From positions 172,752-236,751 of IMG/VR virus record IMGVR_UViG_3300021959_006017: a stretch of DNA of 64,000 bases, one strand, 5' to 3'. The notes beneath the pieces are model-generated. The model saw nothing but the letters and a program-made list of their open reading frames with translations, did not search any database and had not been told where the DNA came from. Made by a program: the position numbers and the translations under genes. Below, one piece after another: positions 1 through 10,933 of this stretch; positions within the stretch are counted from its first letter, which is position 1, and every line of letters begins with the position of its first letter.

Positions 1-2
1 TT

Positions 3-1796
3 ATACACAATGCTGAAGCAGATGACTTTACATTTGAAAGCGGATTAGGTATTGCAGAACTAAATGCTGTCGCAGACTTATTATTAAAAGCAGGCAACAG
101 AATAAGGGTAGTAGACACTCCAGTACGCTTTGCTAGATTTACAGATGCAGAAGCAGCATTAGTAGTTGCACAAAACGGTGATGTTATTTACAACACTGAT
201 CAAAATAGATTGCAGATATATCAAAATGATGCATGGATAGATTTACACAAAGGCGAGTTTGACGGTAACGTAACAACAGCAACAGGTGAATCAAACTTTA
301 ATGACGTTGTTATTGCAGGCGACTTAACTGTACAAGGTACAACTACAAGCGTTGAAACAACAAATACAACTATAAGCGACAATGTAATCGTACTTAATAA
401 CGGTGAAACAGGCGCAGGTATTACTAACACAACTGCTGGTATTGAAATAGACAGAGGTTCTGCTGCAAACGTAACTTTCGTATATGATGACAGTATTGAC
501 AAGTGGACACTTGGAACAGAAAGATTAGTAGCAGCAACATTCGAAGGCGATTTGATAGGTAACGTAACCGGTGATGTTACAGGAGATGTTACAGGCGACT
601 TAACAGGTGATGTTACAGGTAACGTAACTGCTAGTTCTGGAACAAGTACATTTACAGATGTTTCAGTTACAGGATCAATCACAGTTGATGGCGCACTTGA
701 AGCAGCAGCATACAAAGGTACTTTTGTAGGTGACGATAGTACAATACTTGTTGACGGTGTTAACAACCAAATAACAGGTGACTTGTACGGCTCTATTAGA
801 GGCTATAACTGGATGTACGGTGGTGATGCTATATTGTCTATTGTACACGGCGGAGCACCAGATGATGGTATTATTAGAGTTCTTGCTACAGGCGATGTGC
901 GTATAACTTCATCAAATAGAAATGTTGACATTGAAGCAACAACTGGTGTTATTAACTTAAACAGCAACGTAAATGCAAAAACAATTACAGGTGACTTAAT
1001 AGGATCAGTCTTTGGTGATGATAGTACTCCTATTATAGATGCTGTTAACGGAACACTAAGTGGTAACTTAACTGGCAACGTAACAGGAAACGTAACTGGT
1101 AACATTGATAATACTACATTAGATATAGGTGTAGACGATGCTACTGCAATCACAATAGGCAACAGCGGAAGTACAACTACAGTAGAAGGTACTATCCAGT
1201 TTACAAATGCATTGATTGCAAACAACTTAAAAGCAGATGATAGTATTAGTATTACTACAAACGGACTTACATCAGGCGAAGCTATTAGTATTGGCCCAGG
1301 AGGCTCAAATACATTTATTAACTTAACTGCAACAAACATTAGATTCTTTGGGAACATAACAAATAATATTAATGCTACAGCAGGTATAACAGGTGATTTA
1401 AAAGGTAGTGTTGTTGCAGATGATAGCACAGTTATTATTGACGGTGTTAGCGGAACAGTATATAAAGCAAATATTGAAGGTGCAACAAACTGGGATACAG
1501 CATACAGTTGGGGCGATCACAGTACAGTTGGTTACTTACAAGACGGTGGATCATTTACAGGTGATGTAAAAGGTAGTGTGTTTGCAGATGACTCAAGTGT
1601 AATGGTTAACGCTGTTGACTTTACAATGACGAGTGACTTGCTTACTCTAACACCGCTGAATGCAGAACCTACAAATCCTGTAAATGGCATGATAGCAGTA
1701 GCAGATGGTACTGGTTGGGATCCGCATACTACAGGTGTAAACACAATGACAGTATACTTAGGCGGCGCTTGGAGACAAATAGCAAGTGCTGTATAA
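3..1796 (+). CDS. Tail fibre/virion structural protein, 5'-partial
   Basis: Frame is open from position 3 through the 210 TTG. Thr/Gly/Asp-rich, with GDVTG/GNVTG and GSVFxDDS repeats; C-terminus shared with 61459..62679. Confidence 0.75.
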   Translation: MHNAEADDFTFESGLGIAELNAVADLLLKAGNRIRVVDTPVRFARFTDAEAALVVAQNGDVIYNTDQNRLQIYQNDAWIDLHKGEFDGNVTTATGESNFNDVVIAGDLTVQGTTTSVETTNTTISDNVIVLNNGETGAGITNTTAGIEIDRGSAANVTFVYDDSIDKWTLGTERLVAATFEGDLIGNVTGDVTGDVTGDLTGDVTGNVTASSGTSTFTDVSVTGSITVDGALEAAAYKGTFVGDDSTILVDGVNNQITGDLYGSIRGYNWMYGGDAILSIVHGGAPDDGIIRVLATGDVRITSSNRNVDIEATTGVINLNSNVNAKTITGDLIGSVFGDDSTPIIDAVNGTLSGNLTGNVTGNVTGNIDNTTLDIGVDDATAITIGNSGSTTTVEGTIQFTNALIANNLKADDSISITTNGLTSGEAISIGPGGSNTFINLTATNIRFFGNITNNINATAGITGDLKGSVVADDSTVIIDGVSGTVYKANIEGATNWDTAYSWGDHSTVGYLQDGGSFTGDVKGSVFADDSSVMVNAVDFTMTSDLLTLTPLNAEPTNPVNGMIAVADGTGWDPHTTGVNTMTVYLGGAWRQIASAV

Positions 1797-1802
1797 TAAA
1801 TA
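1795..1802 (+). promoter_or_regulatory. Late-type promoter (AATAAATA)
   Basis: T4 late-promoter-like octamer overlapping the upstream stop codon, ahead of the subtilisin gene. Confidence 0.5.
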
Positions 1803-1821
1803 TATTAAATAGGAAAAACAA

Positions 1822-3681
1822 ATGAGCGAAAGAGAATATATTGTTACGTTAAAGAAAGGTGTAGACTACACTGCATTTAATGCAGAAATGATTGCTACAA
1901 CTGGCGCAGGTGACATACCAGGTAGAAGTGTTACGGTTGCTAACGCTCGTCCAGCATCACAGCGTAATACACACTATATGCTTACTGATGCAGAAGCAAC
2001 AGCACTTAACAATGATGCAAGAGTAGTTGCATGCGAGTTACGTCCAGATCTAAGAGATGACATTGAACTAGTCCGTTTCGCTCAACAGACTGGTGATTTT
2101 AGTAAGACTGAAGATACACGTGGTGAATATGTTAACTGGGGATTGCGTAGAGTTAACGAAATAAACAATCCTTACTTTGGATATAGCATTTCAGGAGGAT
2201 ACAACTACACACTTGACGGTACAGGTGTAGACATTGTTATCCAAGACAGTGGTTTACAAATAGATCATCCTGAGTTCCAAGATAGTTCAGGTACTACACG
2301 AGTAGTACAACAAGACTGGTATAGCGGATTCAGTGGCGGCGGATCTATGCCAACAGAACACTACACTGATTATGACGGACACGGTACTCACTGTGCAGGG
2401 ATTGCAGCAGGTAAAACATATGGTTGGGCTAAAAATGCACGTATCTATGCTGTAAAAGTTAATGGCTTACAAGGAGCGAGTGATCCTAACAGCGGTATTC
2501 CAATCACAAATGTTTTTGATGTTATTAAAGAATGGCATGCAGCTAAAGCAGTTGACCCTGTTACTGGCGCAAAACGTCCGACTATTGTTAATATGAGTTG
2601 GGGATACACGTCTGCTTTTGCAAACATCACTGGAGGAGAATATAGAGGAACTCCTTGGACAGGCACTGCTAGAGATACTGCTAAAGGTATGGTAGGAAAT
2701 TTAGTTAGCGGACTTTATAGATATCCTACAAGAGTTGCTTCTGTAGATACAGATGTTGAAGAACTAATCGATGCAGGAGTACATGTTTGTATTGCCGCAG
2801 GTAACTACAAACAAAAGATTGATGTAGATGGTGGCGCTGACTATGACAACTACTTTACAAGTAGCCTATACGGAACAAGATACTATCATAGAGGAGGATC
2901 ACCGTATGGCCAAGAAGCATTTATTGTAGGCAATATTGATACTGATCTTGCAAGCAATGGTAGAGAACAAAAAGCAACTAGTTCAGAAACAGGCCCGGGT
3001 GTAAATGCATGGGCTCCGGGGACTAGAATCTTTAGTAGTTTAAGTACAACTACAGCATATACTAGTGGACCATATCCACTAGACAGCGATTTTAATATTG
3101 GTAGCTTAGGTGGTACTTCAATGGCTTCTCCACAAGTAGCAGGTGTACTTGCATTATGGTTGCAAGTAAATCCAGGTGCAACTCCTGCACAAGCTCTTAG
3201 TTATTTTAAAAGTAGCTCTAAAACAGATAGAGTATATCAAACAGCAAACAACGATACAGACTACACAGACAATAGAAGTTTATTAGGTTCTAGTAACAGA
3301 TTTCTTTGGAATAAGTTTAACCGTAAAACTCAACTTTCTATCGGAAGTGTATTTACAGAAGCAGAAACAGATACTAGTATAATAAAAACTTACTCTTTGG
3401 CTTCGAGTGCAGCAAGTGTAAATGAAGGTGATAGTTTTACTATTACTTTAACTACAACAAATGTTCCAGATGATACTGTTATAAACTACGGTATTACTGG
3501 TGTTTCTAGCGGAGATATCGGCGTACCACTAGACGGAACATTTACTGTATCATCTGACTCAGCAACAGCAGATTTTACAGTGTCAGCTGACACAACACTA
3601 GAAGGTGCAGAAACTTTTACTATGACATTAGAAGGCATAAATGTTTCAGTTAGTGTAACTATAAATGATACTAGTACATAA
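1822..3681 (+). CDS. S8 subtilisin-like serine protease with N-terminal prodomain and C-terminal Ig/Calx-beta-like domain
   Basis: Catalytic triad motifs IQDSG, HGTHCAG, GTSMASP; oxyanion AAGN. Confidence 0.9.
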   Translation: MSEREYIVTLKKGVDYTAFNAEMIATTGAGDIPGRSVTVANARPASQRNTHYMLTDAEATALNNDARVVACELRPDLRDDIELVRFAQQTGDFSKTEDTRGEYVNWGLRRVNEINNPYFGYSISGGYNYTLDGTGVDIVIQDSGLQIDHPEFQDSSGTTRVVQQDWYSGFSGGGSMPTEHYTDYDGHGTHCAGIAAGKTYGWAKNARIYAVKVNGLQGASDPNSGIPITNVFDVIKEWHAAKAVDPVTGAKRPTIVNMSWGYTSAFANITGGEYRGTPWTGTARDTAKGMVGNLVSGLYRYPTRVASVDTDVEELIDAGVHVCIAAGNYKQKIDVDGGADYDNYFTSSLYGTRYYHRGGSPYGQEAFIVGNIDTDLASNGREQKATSSETGPGVNAWAPGTRIFSSLSTTTAYTSGPYPLDSDFNIGSLGGTSMASPQVAGVLALWLQVNPGATPAQALSYFKSSSKTDRVYQTANNDTDYTDNRSLLGSSNRFLWNKFNRKTQLSIGSVFTEAETDTSIIKTYSLASSAASVNEGDSFTITLTTTNVPDDTVINYGITGVSSGDIGVPLDGTFTVSSDSATADFTVSADTTLEGAETFTMTLEGINVSVSVTINDTST

Positions 3682-3690
3682 GGATTAATA

Positions 3691-4389
3691 ATGGCAGTAC
3701 AACTAATAAACATAGGTAATGTTGCAAATGATGGTACAGGTGATGATCTAAGAGAAGCATTTATCAAAGTAAACCAAAACTTTGAAGAGCTTGATCTAAG
3801 AGATGACGAAAAAACTACAGGTAGTAATCTTGGGCCAGACGGCGAAGGTCTTTTTGCAAATAGAATCAACTATGATCTACAGTTTAAAAAAATCGTAGGC
3901 GGAGATAACATTACACTTACTGCTACAGATAATAATATTACTATAAGTAGTGAAAGCACACTTACAATAGCAAGTGATTCTGGAGATACTGACTTAGTTG
4001 GATCTACTACTTTGAATATTTTAGGCGGAGACGGAATAAGCACATCTGCTACAGATAATACTCTTACAATCACAAATGATTATAATGCAGAACTAGTAGA
4101 AGATCTTACACCCCAACTAGGTGGCAATCTAGATGCACAAGGGTTCAACCTTACAAATGTTGGAAATATAGATGCAGCACAAGTATCTGGTTCGTTTGTA
4201 GGTAACTTAACAGGACTAGTACACGGTTACGATATGAGAGATTGGGCAAGCTGGAACGAAGGTTGGGACTTTGGTGCTGTTTCAGAAGATTATACTAGTG
4301 CTATACAGTTTATCGTTGCAAACACAGCCGTTGATTTCGGTAGCTTTAGTGCTCCAGCAGTAGGTAATGTAGATTTAGGAAGTATTTGA
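3691..4389 (+). CDS. Baseplate/fibre protein with T4 gp9/gp10-like N-terminus
   Basis: N-terminal INIGNVANDGTGDDLREAFIKVNQNF; PQLGGNLD motif. Confidence 0.75.
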   Translation: MAVQLINIGNVANDGTGDDLREAFIKVNQNFEELDLRDDEKTTGSNLGPDGEGLFANRINYDLQFKKIVGGDNITLTATDNNITISSESTLTIASDSGDTDLVGSTTLNILGGDGISTSATDNTLTITNDYNAELVEDLTPQLGGNLDAQGFNLTNVGNIDAAQVSGSFVGNLTGLVHGYDMRDWASWNEGWDFGAVSEDYTSAIQFIVANTAVDFGSFSAPAVGNVDLGSI

Positions 4390-4393
4390 TTCC

Positions 4394-4401
4394 GATAAAT
4401 A
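4394..4401 (+). promoter_or_regulatory. Late-type promoter GATAAATA
   Basis: Recurring intergenic octamer upstream of a structural gene. Confidence 0.65.
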
Positions 4402-4422
4402 CTACTGTAGAAGGAATCACGT

Positions 4423-7400
4423 ATGGCCAATCCCGATAGTTTATGGAGTATCCAAACAGGTAAAAAGATTGCAACACTGATCGAAAGATCTAATGTTAAT
4501 CTTTTACTCCCGTTAAATGTAAATATCCCAAGTACAGTTAAAATTATAACAGGATCCTTGCCTGCCGGGTTAAGATTATCAGCAGACGGAAAGTTTATTG
4601 AAGGCACAGTTTACGAAGTAGCTTATAATACTACAAGTAAGTTTGTATTAAGGGCAGAATATCAAGGTCAGTTTGAAGATAGAACTGTACAGATAGATGT
4701 AAGCGGACCTGATGACCCTGTATGGCAAACAAACGAAGGGTTATTACCAGTAGGAAGTAATCAATCTTTGTTTATACTTGATAACGAGCAAGTTGACTTT
4801 CAACTACAAGCAACAGATACTGATCTAAGTGCAGGCGATATTTTAGAATATTTTATAGCAGAAGGAGACGGCGAGCTTCCTCCAGGCATTACGCTATCTT
4901 TAGATGGAAAACTTACAGGTATAGTAGAACCTCTATTAAGTTTAGATAAAAGGTATCAAGCAGGAGGCTATGACGGTGCGCCGTATGGAGCACTTCCTGC
5001 AGATTATGGCACAATATCTTCAAATGGTTATGGTAGTTTCTTTTACGATACTGTAGATTTTGATTACAACGAACCAGTTGTTAATCCTAGAAAACTTAAT
5101 AGATTTTATCCTTTTAGAGTAACTGTTACAGACGGCGAAAACTTTGTTAAACGAGAGTTTAAAATATATCTTGTCGGCGATGATTATTTAAAAGCAGATA
5201 ACACTATTATGCAAGCAGGAACAGGAGTGTTTACTGCTGATACAACTAATGTTAGAACTCCAGTTTGGCTTACACCTAGAGACTTAGGATTTAAACGTGC
5301 TAATAACTATACTACAATCAACTTAGATATTATTGATAATCCAAACTTAGAAGGTGTAGTAACATATACATTAGATAGTACAAACGATGACGGTACTCCT
5401 AGCATATTACCTCCAGGGACTTCACTAGATAGTCAAAGCGGAGAAATAGTTGGTCGTATTCCGTACCAACCAGCAATAACAAAAGATTATAAGTTTACTG
5501 TTAGAGCAACAAGAATAACAACAGATTTAGATACTGTTTCTATTAATGCCAACTACTATGAAGATACTTTGTTAGGTAAAGATAACTTTAAAATTTATAA
5601 AATAGATTTAACTGGCGATATCGACGGTATAAACGATTTATTAGAGCTTATTGGTAGAGACATACTTTTAGAAAATAGAACGTATAGAGTAACCAACGTT
5701 GATGCTAGAAATACTGATTATGACATTATTTTCTTAGATAGTACTTTATCTCCTAGCATCAGTTTAATAACTAGCAGAACTGCACTTAAAAATCAAGATG
5801 CTGTTTTTGTTAATAGATTAAACGAATCTCAAAAAGAAAAGTACAGAGGACGTACTATACGTCTTAGTGACAGTGAAGCATATGTTATAAATGATATTGT
5901 TCCTTATATAGAATGGGACATTCAACAAGTAACCCCGGGTAATGATCAAATATATCCGAACGGATCTCCAAGAAGAATGGAAGCAGGAACAAACTATTTC
6001 TTAGGAGATCTTGTCATTTACGGAACAGAAGTAGGTGGCAATGATAGAGTTTACAGGGCAACATTTACTCATAACTTAGAAGCTCAAACTGATCCTGTAA
6101 CAGAAGTTCCAATCACAGTAGATGGTGTTGTACAAGTTGTCTTTAATCCTGCTAACTGGACTGAAGTAGTTGAAAACCCAGATGATCTATCACTGTCTGA
6201 TAGAGTTCTTGCACTTAAACAATCTTTAGAAGCAGCATACGGACACACAGCATATGTAGATGTATTTAATCAGCAAAACTGGAGATTACGCATTCCTAGT
6301 ACAAGTTTAAGTAGAATCGCAAAAAATATTGAGCAGTTCTTCTTACTAGGCGATGATAGTACAAGAATGAAAATCACTACAGTTAGAGATAATGAAGACA
6401 GAATAAAGTTTGATGTAAATCTTTCTACACAATTTAACCAAGGACGAAACATAGGTATTGCACTATTTAGAAATGAAGGATTTGTAGAAAATGTTATTGT
6501 TGCAGCAAATGACGAAGTAGATATTCCAAGCACATCTAAAACTTTTGAGATTAAAGTTATAGGAGAAATAGACAGTAATATATCTTGGATAACAGCAGCA
6601 GATCTTGGAACTATACGTGCAAACTTCAACAGCTACTTAAAAGTAGTAGCAGAAACTACAGTTCCAGATAGTCCTATGATTTATACATTAAAGTCGGGTA
6701 AACTTCCTTTTGGTATGCAACTAAGTTATAACGGAGATATTACCGGTAATCCTAGACAATACCAAACTAGCGAAGGACTTGGTCTTACAATATTTGATAA
6801 TAAGGCAGTAACATTCGATGGCTTTATTCCGGGCGATACTTCCTTTGACAGAAGATATAACTTTACTATTGAAGCTCGTGATAGATTTGGATATACAGCA
6901 ATAGAAAGAGAGTTTACACTTTTAGTTGAAGATTTAGACAATACTGTGTATACAGACATATATGCAAAACCGTTAATCCCTGCAGAACAAAGAACTGCAT
7001 TTAGAAACTTTACTAGTAATCCGGACATATTTCCACCAAATAGCATTTATCGTCCAAACGATCCTTCGTTCGGTGTTAAAACAAGTTTAGAAATGCTAGT
7101 ATATGCAGGTATAGAAGCAAAAACTATTGAAAACTTTGTAGCGGCAGCAGCTAAAAACCATAAAAGAAAAACTTACGCAGTTGGTGAGATAAAAAGTGCT
7201 AAAGCTATTGAACCAGGAACTACCGACACTGTTTATGAAGTTGTATACTTAGAAGTTGTAGATCCTAGTCAGCCTACTACAGGAAAAACAAGAAAAAGTT
7301 TTAGCATAGAAAACAAAAAGAAACTTACTGTTGACAGTATACAGTATGCTCTTAAAGATGACGAAACTAGAACTGGTGCAGGTTATGAACTATTACCAGT

Positions 7401-7953
7401 GTATGGTAGAGCTCAAGTAAGATTTATTTACGCTGAAGACGGAAAGATAATAGTAGAAACTAGAGATAGTGATGTACTACTCGATGTTGACAATGCAGAT
7501 TTTGAACTTGATTTAAGAGTAGGCGAAGATGCAGTTATAAGATTACAACAATCAGATTCAGAACCTTATAGATTCCGTCCAGATACTAATACAATAAAAA
7601 CAGACAGTGATGCAATCAAAGTAAGTCAAAGCAATGATAATGTGAGATATATATCTAACATAGACAATATGCGAGACAATATAAAAGCAATAGGAAAAAA
7701 TGAAAGAAACTATTTACCACTATGGATGCGTACATCACAAGAAGGGTTTCAAGAGCTTGATTATGTAACTGCTATTCCTATTTGTTATGTTAAACCGGGT
7801 GAAGCAGAAAACGTAATAGATAATATAACCAATAGTGGATTTGATTTTAGACAGTTTAATATTGATATTGATCGTTATATTGTTAAAAGAACTGACGATT
7901 ATGAAACTGAACAATACATTCTTTTTGCAAACTATGCATACAATGTAGGATAA
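4423..7953 (+). CDS. Large virion structural protein (baseplate wedge-like, Ig-like repeats)
   Basis: 1176 aa; repeated GxLPxGxxL Ig-like (He_PIG-type) motifs; structural context. Confidence 0.65.
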   Translation: MANPDSLWSIQTGKKIATLIERSNVNLLLPLNVNIPSTVKIITGSLPAGLRLSADGKFIEGTVYEVAYNTTSKFVLRAEYQGQFEDRTVQIDVSGPDDPVWQTNEGLLPVGSNQSLFILDNEQVDFQLQATDTDLSAGDILEYFIAEGDGELPPGITLSLDGKLTGIVEPLLSLDKRYQAGGYDGAPYGALPADYGTISSNGYGSFFYDTVDFDYNEPVVNPRKLNRFYPFRVTVTDGENFVKREFKIYLVGDDYLKADNTIMQAGTGVFTADTTNVRTPVWLTPRDLGFKRANNYTTINLDIIDNPNLEGVVTYTLDSTNDDGTPSILPPGTSLDSQSGEIVGRIPYQPAITKDYKFTVRATRITTDLDTVSINANYYEDTLLGKDNFKIYKIDLTGDIDGINDLLELIGRDILLENRTYRVTNVDARNTDYDIIFLDSTLSPSISLITSRTALKNQDAVFVNRLNESQKEKYRGRTIRLSDSEAYVINDIVPYIEWDIQQVTPGNDQIYPNGSPRRMEAGTNYFLGDLVIYGTEVGGNDRVYRATFTHNLEAQTDPVTEVPITVDGVVQVVFNPANWTEVVENPDDLSLSDRVLALKQSLEAAYGHTAYVDVFNQQNWRLRIPSTSLSRIAKNIEQFFLLGDDSTRMKITTVRDNEDRIKFDVNLSTQFNQGRNIGIALFRNEGFVENVIVAANDEVDIPSTSKTFEIKVIGEIDSNISWITAADLGTIRANFNSYLKVVAETTVPDSPMIYTLKSGKLPFGMQLSYNGDITGNPRQYQTSEGLGLTIFDNKAVTFDGFIPGDTSFDRRYNFTIEARDRFGYTAIEREFTLLVEDLDNTVYTDIYAKPLIPAEQRTAFRNFTSNPDIFPPNSIYRPNDPSFGVKTSLEMLVYAGIEAKTIENFVAAAAKNHKRKTYAVGEIKSAKAIEPGTTDTVYEVVYLEVVDPSQPTTGKTRKSFSIENKKKLTVDSIQYALKDDETRTGAGYELLPVYGRAQVRFIYAEDGKIIVETRDSDVLLDVDNADFELDLRVGEDAVIRLQQSDSEPYRFRPDTNTIKTDSDAIKVSQSNDNVRYISNIDNMRDNIKAIGKNERNYLPLWMRTSQEGFQELDYVTAIPICYVKPGEAENVIDNITNSGFDFRQFNIDIDRYIVKRTDDYETEQYILFANYAYNVG

Positions 7954-7956
7954 ATA
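7949..7956 (+). promoter_or_regulatory. Late-type promoter GATAAATA
   Basis: Octamer overlapping the upstream stop codon. Confidence 0.6.
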
Positions 7957-7979
7957 TGTGTAAGGATATGGAATAAACA

Positions 7980-9491
7980 ATGAGTGGTATATTAGGAACA
8001 CACGATTTAACAGGCGGCGTTACACAGTCAATTTACGCTTGTGACACTGATCAGTTTACAACTGCAAACATTAGTCTTTGTAATAGGCATAATGTTGCTG
8101 TTAAAGTAACACTTGCAATCACAGATGCAGAAAATGCATTTGATGATGCACGTTATATAGAATACGAAACTGAACTAAAACCTAAAGGTGTTTTAGAACG
8201 CACAGCGGTTATTGTTCCAGTTGGAAAGTTTATTACAGTATTAAGTACACACAATGCAGTTTCAGCAGCAGCATGGGGTATAAGAGCAGGTAATACTGTT
8301 TCAGTAAGTGCTATTACAGATGCAACAGATGCAGTAGCACCTACATTTATTGTAAACACAGTGGCATTTTTACCGGGCGCATTAACAAATACCCAACTTG
8401 AAACTAACGAGATAGGTGCAGTAACTTTTGAACTGACAGCAGGAACACTTCCTACAGGACTATCACTTACTTCAGATGGAGTAGTCACAGGAACAACTGA
8501 TGCAGCTGATTACGGAATATACGCTGTTACAATAACAGCGACTGATCAAAGTGGAAATAGCACAGCTAACACTGTTAGTATAGGACCTGGGTTGAAAGGT
8601 GTTGCAACTTCAGGAGATTTATCTCACATCTTTTTAGGATCTGGATCAACTCCTGGTGTAATTTCAGCAGAGCATAATCCTACTCTTTCTGGTTACGGTT
8701 ATGATGATATTACATGGATACCAGATACTAATATTACTTGTGATATTTACTGTTGGGGCGCAGGCGGCGGCGGCACTAGAAGAACTGCTGCTATAACAGG
8801 AGGACCCGGTGGCTTTTCAAGTGGTAGATATACATTTACCAGCGGCACAACTTATAAAATTGTTGTCGGGGGTGCAGGCGAAGCAGGAGACGAAACGCCT
8901 GCTACTAATACTATATATAATGGAGCAGCAACGGGCGGCGGAACAGCAGGCGGAAACTCTAGCGCCGATTCCGACGGCGGTGGTGGTGGAGGATATACAG
9001 GTATATTTGAAACTAGTGTAGCAGTTGGTAATGCTATTATTATTGCAGGAGCCGGAGGCGGCGGAACAGGAGACACCGCCTATGGTGGTGGTGGTGGTGG
9101 CAACACCGGCGGAGATGGTTCTAACGGAGCTAGAGGCGGCGACGGCGGCACCCAAAGTGCTGGTGGTGCGCAAGGTACTGATGGTACAGCGGGCACAGCA
9201 GGCGCGGCACTATTAGGCGGCAATGGCGGATCTGGTGGCGGAACATCAGAAGGTGCTGGCGGTGGCGGTGGCTACTATGGCGGTGGTGGTGGCGGATCGA
9301 CAGGTCCAGGCGCCGGCGGCGGTGGATCTGGATATATCGGCGGTACTGGGCTCACTAATGGTGTAACTACACAATCTGGAACCAACACAACACCTGCACA
9401 GTCAAGCAATGCCTTTTATATAGATGGTGTAGCAGTAGGCGGCAACCAAAACAGAGGCGGCGGCGGTCTTATAGTTCTTGTAGAAGTATAA
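7980..9491 (+). CDS. Virion protein with Ig-like and glycine-rich domains
   Basis: GTLPTGLSL Ig motif; CWGAGGGG and many poly-Gly runs. Confidence 0.7.
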   Translation: MSGILGTHDLTGGVTQSIYACDTDQFTTANISLCNRHNVAVKVTLAITDAENAFDDARYIEYETELKPKGVLERTAVIVPVGKFITVLSTHNAVSAAAWGIRAGNTVSVSAITDATDAVAPTFIVNTVAFLPGALTNTQLETNEIGAVTFELTAGTLPTGLSLTSDGVVTGTTDAADYGIYAVTITATDQSGNSTANTVSIGPGLKGVATSGDLSHIFLGSGSTPGVISAEHNPTLSGYGYDDITWIPDTNITCDIYCWGAGGGGTRRTAAITGGPGGFSSGRYTFTSGTTYKIVVGGAGEAGDETPATNTIYNGAATGGGTAGGNSSADSDGGGGGGYTGIFETSVAVGNAIIIAGAGGGGTGDTAYGGGGGGNTGGDGSNGARGGDGGTQSAGGAQGTDGTAGTAGAALLGGNGGSGGGTSEGAGGGGGYYGGGGGGSTGPGAGGGGSGYIGGTGLTNGVTTQSGTNTTPAQSSNAFYIDGVAVGGNQNRGGGGLIVLVEV

Positions 9492-9521
9492 TTTAACTAA
9501 ATGAAAATGTAAGGATAAAAT

Positions 9522-10130
9522 ATGGCAAGTTCAATAATAAGCACAACATTAGATGCGAACTATCCTGTAGCTGGTGTTGATAATGATACCCAAGGATTTC
9601 GTGATAACTTTCAAATCATTAAAGATGGTTTAACAACAGCAGCAAGTGAAATAACATCGTTGCAGAACAATACTGCAAAACTAAACGAATCAAACGATTT
9701 TAACGGTACAAATATTTCAGATGCTAATCTTGTAACAAATACCGAGCAATATCATAACATCGGTACAGTTATTAGTGACCAAAACATTAGTTTCTTAAAT
9801 GGTCATTATCAAGTAATGACTATTAATCCAGCAGATAATGATATTACATTTACCCTAGCTGATTGGCCTGATAGAGATGGACTTGCAAAAATAACTGTCC
9901 AGATTAGTACACTATCAAAAGACCCAGAGCCAGAAGTAGATCAAACTATTACATGGTTATCAGCAGGCGGCGGCACAATCAAGGCTAGCCAAAATTTTCC
10001 TAGCCCATTTGTTTTAAACACTGCTACAAACGATGTTGATGATGGTGGTCCAGCTATTATTGAGTTTTGGACTTACAATCAAGGAACAACTGTTTTTGCT
10101 AACTATTTAGGTAGATTTAACGCAATCTAA
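9522..10130 (+). CDS. Putative virion structural protein
   Basis: N-terminal YPVAGVDNDTQGFRDNF plus coiled coil; SD AAGGA. Confidence 0.6.
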   Translation: MASSIISTTLDANYPVAGVDNDTQGFRDNFQIIKDGLTTAASEITSLQNNTAKLNESNDFNGTNISDANLVTNTEQYHNIGTVISDQNISFLNGHYQVMTINPADNDITFTLADWPDRDGLAKITVQISTLSKDPEPEVDQTITWLSAGGGTIKASQNFPSPFVLNTATNDVDDGGPAIIEFWTYNQGTTVFANYLGRFNAI

Positions 10131-10366
10131 TGCATCCATTTATAAACAACTTATCAGAACTAAGCGACAACGAAGTAGAAGAAAAAATATTTCTACTTCA
10201 ACGCCGCTTTTTTCAAACTTCTAATCCAGATCTACAAGGGCAAATCCAACTTGCTCTTGACACGTATAAACAAGAAATAAACACAAGAAGAGCTCTAGCA
10301 GCCCAACGTCAAAAAGATCAACAAGACGGTAATAAAGGTCTTGACAATCTTATAAATGTATCGTAA
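10130..10366 (+). CDS. Hypothetical protein
   Basis: TAATG coupling to upstream gene. Confidence 0.6.
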   Translation: MHPFINNLSELSDNEVEEKIFLLQRRFFQTSNPDLQGQIQLALDTYKQEINTRRALAAQRQKDQQDGNKGLDNLINVS

Positions 10367-10369
10367 AAT
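10341..10369 (+). promoter_or_regulatory. Sigma70-type promoter
   Basis: TTGACA-N17-TAAAAT, ending 6 nt before ATG 10376. Confidence 0.6.
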
Positions 10370-10375
10370 ACATTA

Positions 10376-10933
10376 ATGCTTATGAAAACAGACGAACTAG
10401 GTATACCACGATTCTCTAACCGCGATCTTATCGATATGATCTATAGCGGCAATGCTGACAAAGTACACGTTGTACTATGTAGCGAATCTGACGAAATTGA
10501 CAAGTTCAATAGTGCAATGGAAGAACAAGGTATGAATCCATTGCAAAGGTATATTCCACTAGATGTAGATCAAAAGACATTTGACGGTGTATGTCAAGGT
10601 GAATGGTTTATGCCACAAGAGTATAAAGAACTTAATCCTAACAAATGGCTTGAAGCAAAACTAATGGAAAAACTACAAATAGAAGATCCTGTGGCGTTGC
10701 GTGATACACAAGAATGGATCCGTGTAACCGAAGAACTTACAGAATATTCTGCTCGTGGTATGTATCCATTATTACAATATATGATATATTTGGTAGACTT
10801 TATGCGTGAGAACGATATTGTATGGGGTGTAGGACGTGGATCAAGTGTGGCTAGTTATGTGTTATACTTAATAGGTGTACACAAAATAAACTCAATCCAA
10901 TATGGCCTAGATTGGCGTGAGTTCCTTCGATAA
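10376..10933 (+). CDS. DNA polymerase III alpha-like fragment (no catalytic aspartates)
   Basis: GVGRGSSVASYVLYLIGV...YGLDWREFL matches the DnaE GRGS region; only 185 aa. Confidence 0.75.
   Translation: MLMKTDELGIPRFSNRDLIDMIYSGNADKVHVVLCSESDEIDKFNSAMEEQGMNPLQRYIPLDVDQKTFDGVCQGEWFMPQEYKELNPNKWLEAKLMEKLQIEDPVALRDTQEWIRVTEELTEYSARGMYPLLQYMIYLVDFMRENDIVWGVGRGSSVASYVLYLIGVHKINSIQYGLDWREFLR

Noticed and set aside
555-630. Tandem 12-nt-period repeats
   Set aside because: Encode GDVT/GNVT fibre repeats; no spacers
221-9216. Many - strand and alternate-frame ORFs over structural genes
   Set aside because: Shadow ORFs of repetitive Thr/Gly/Val codons; no RBS or motifs
8760-9360. GC-rich GGC/GGT repeats
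   Set aside because: Explained by poly-glycine coding; not a CRISPR array or foreign island
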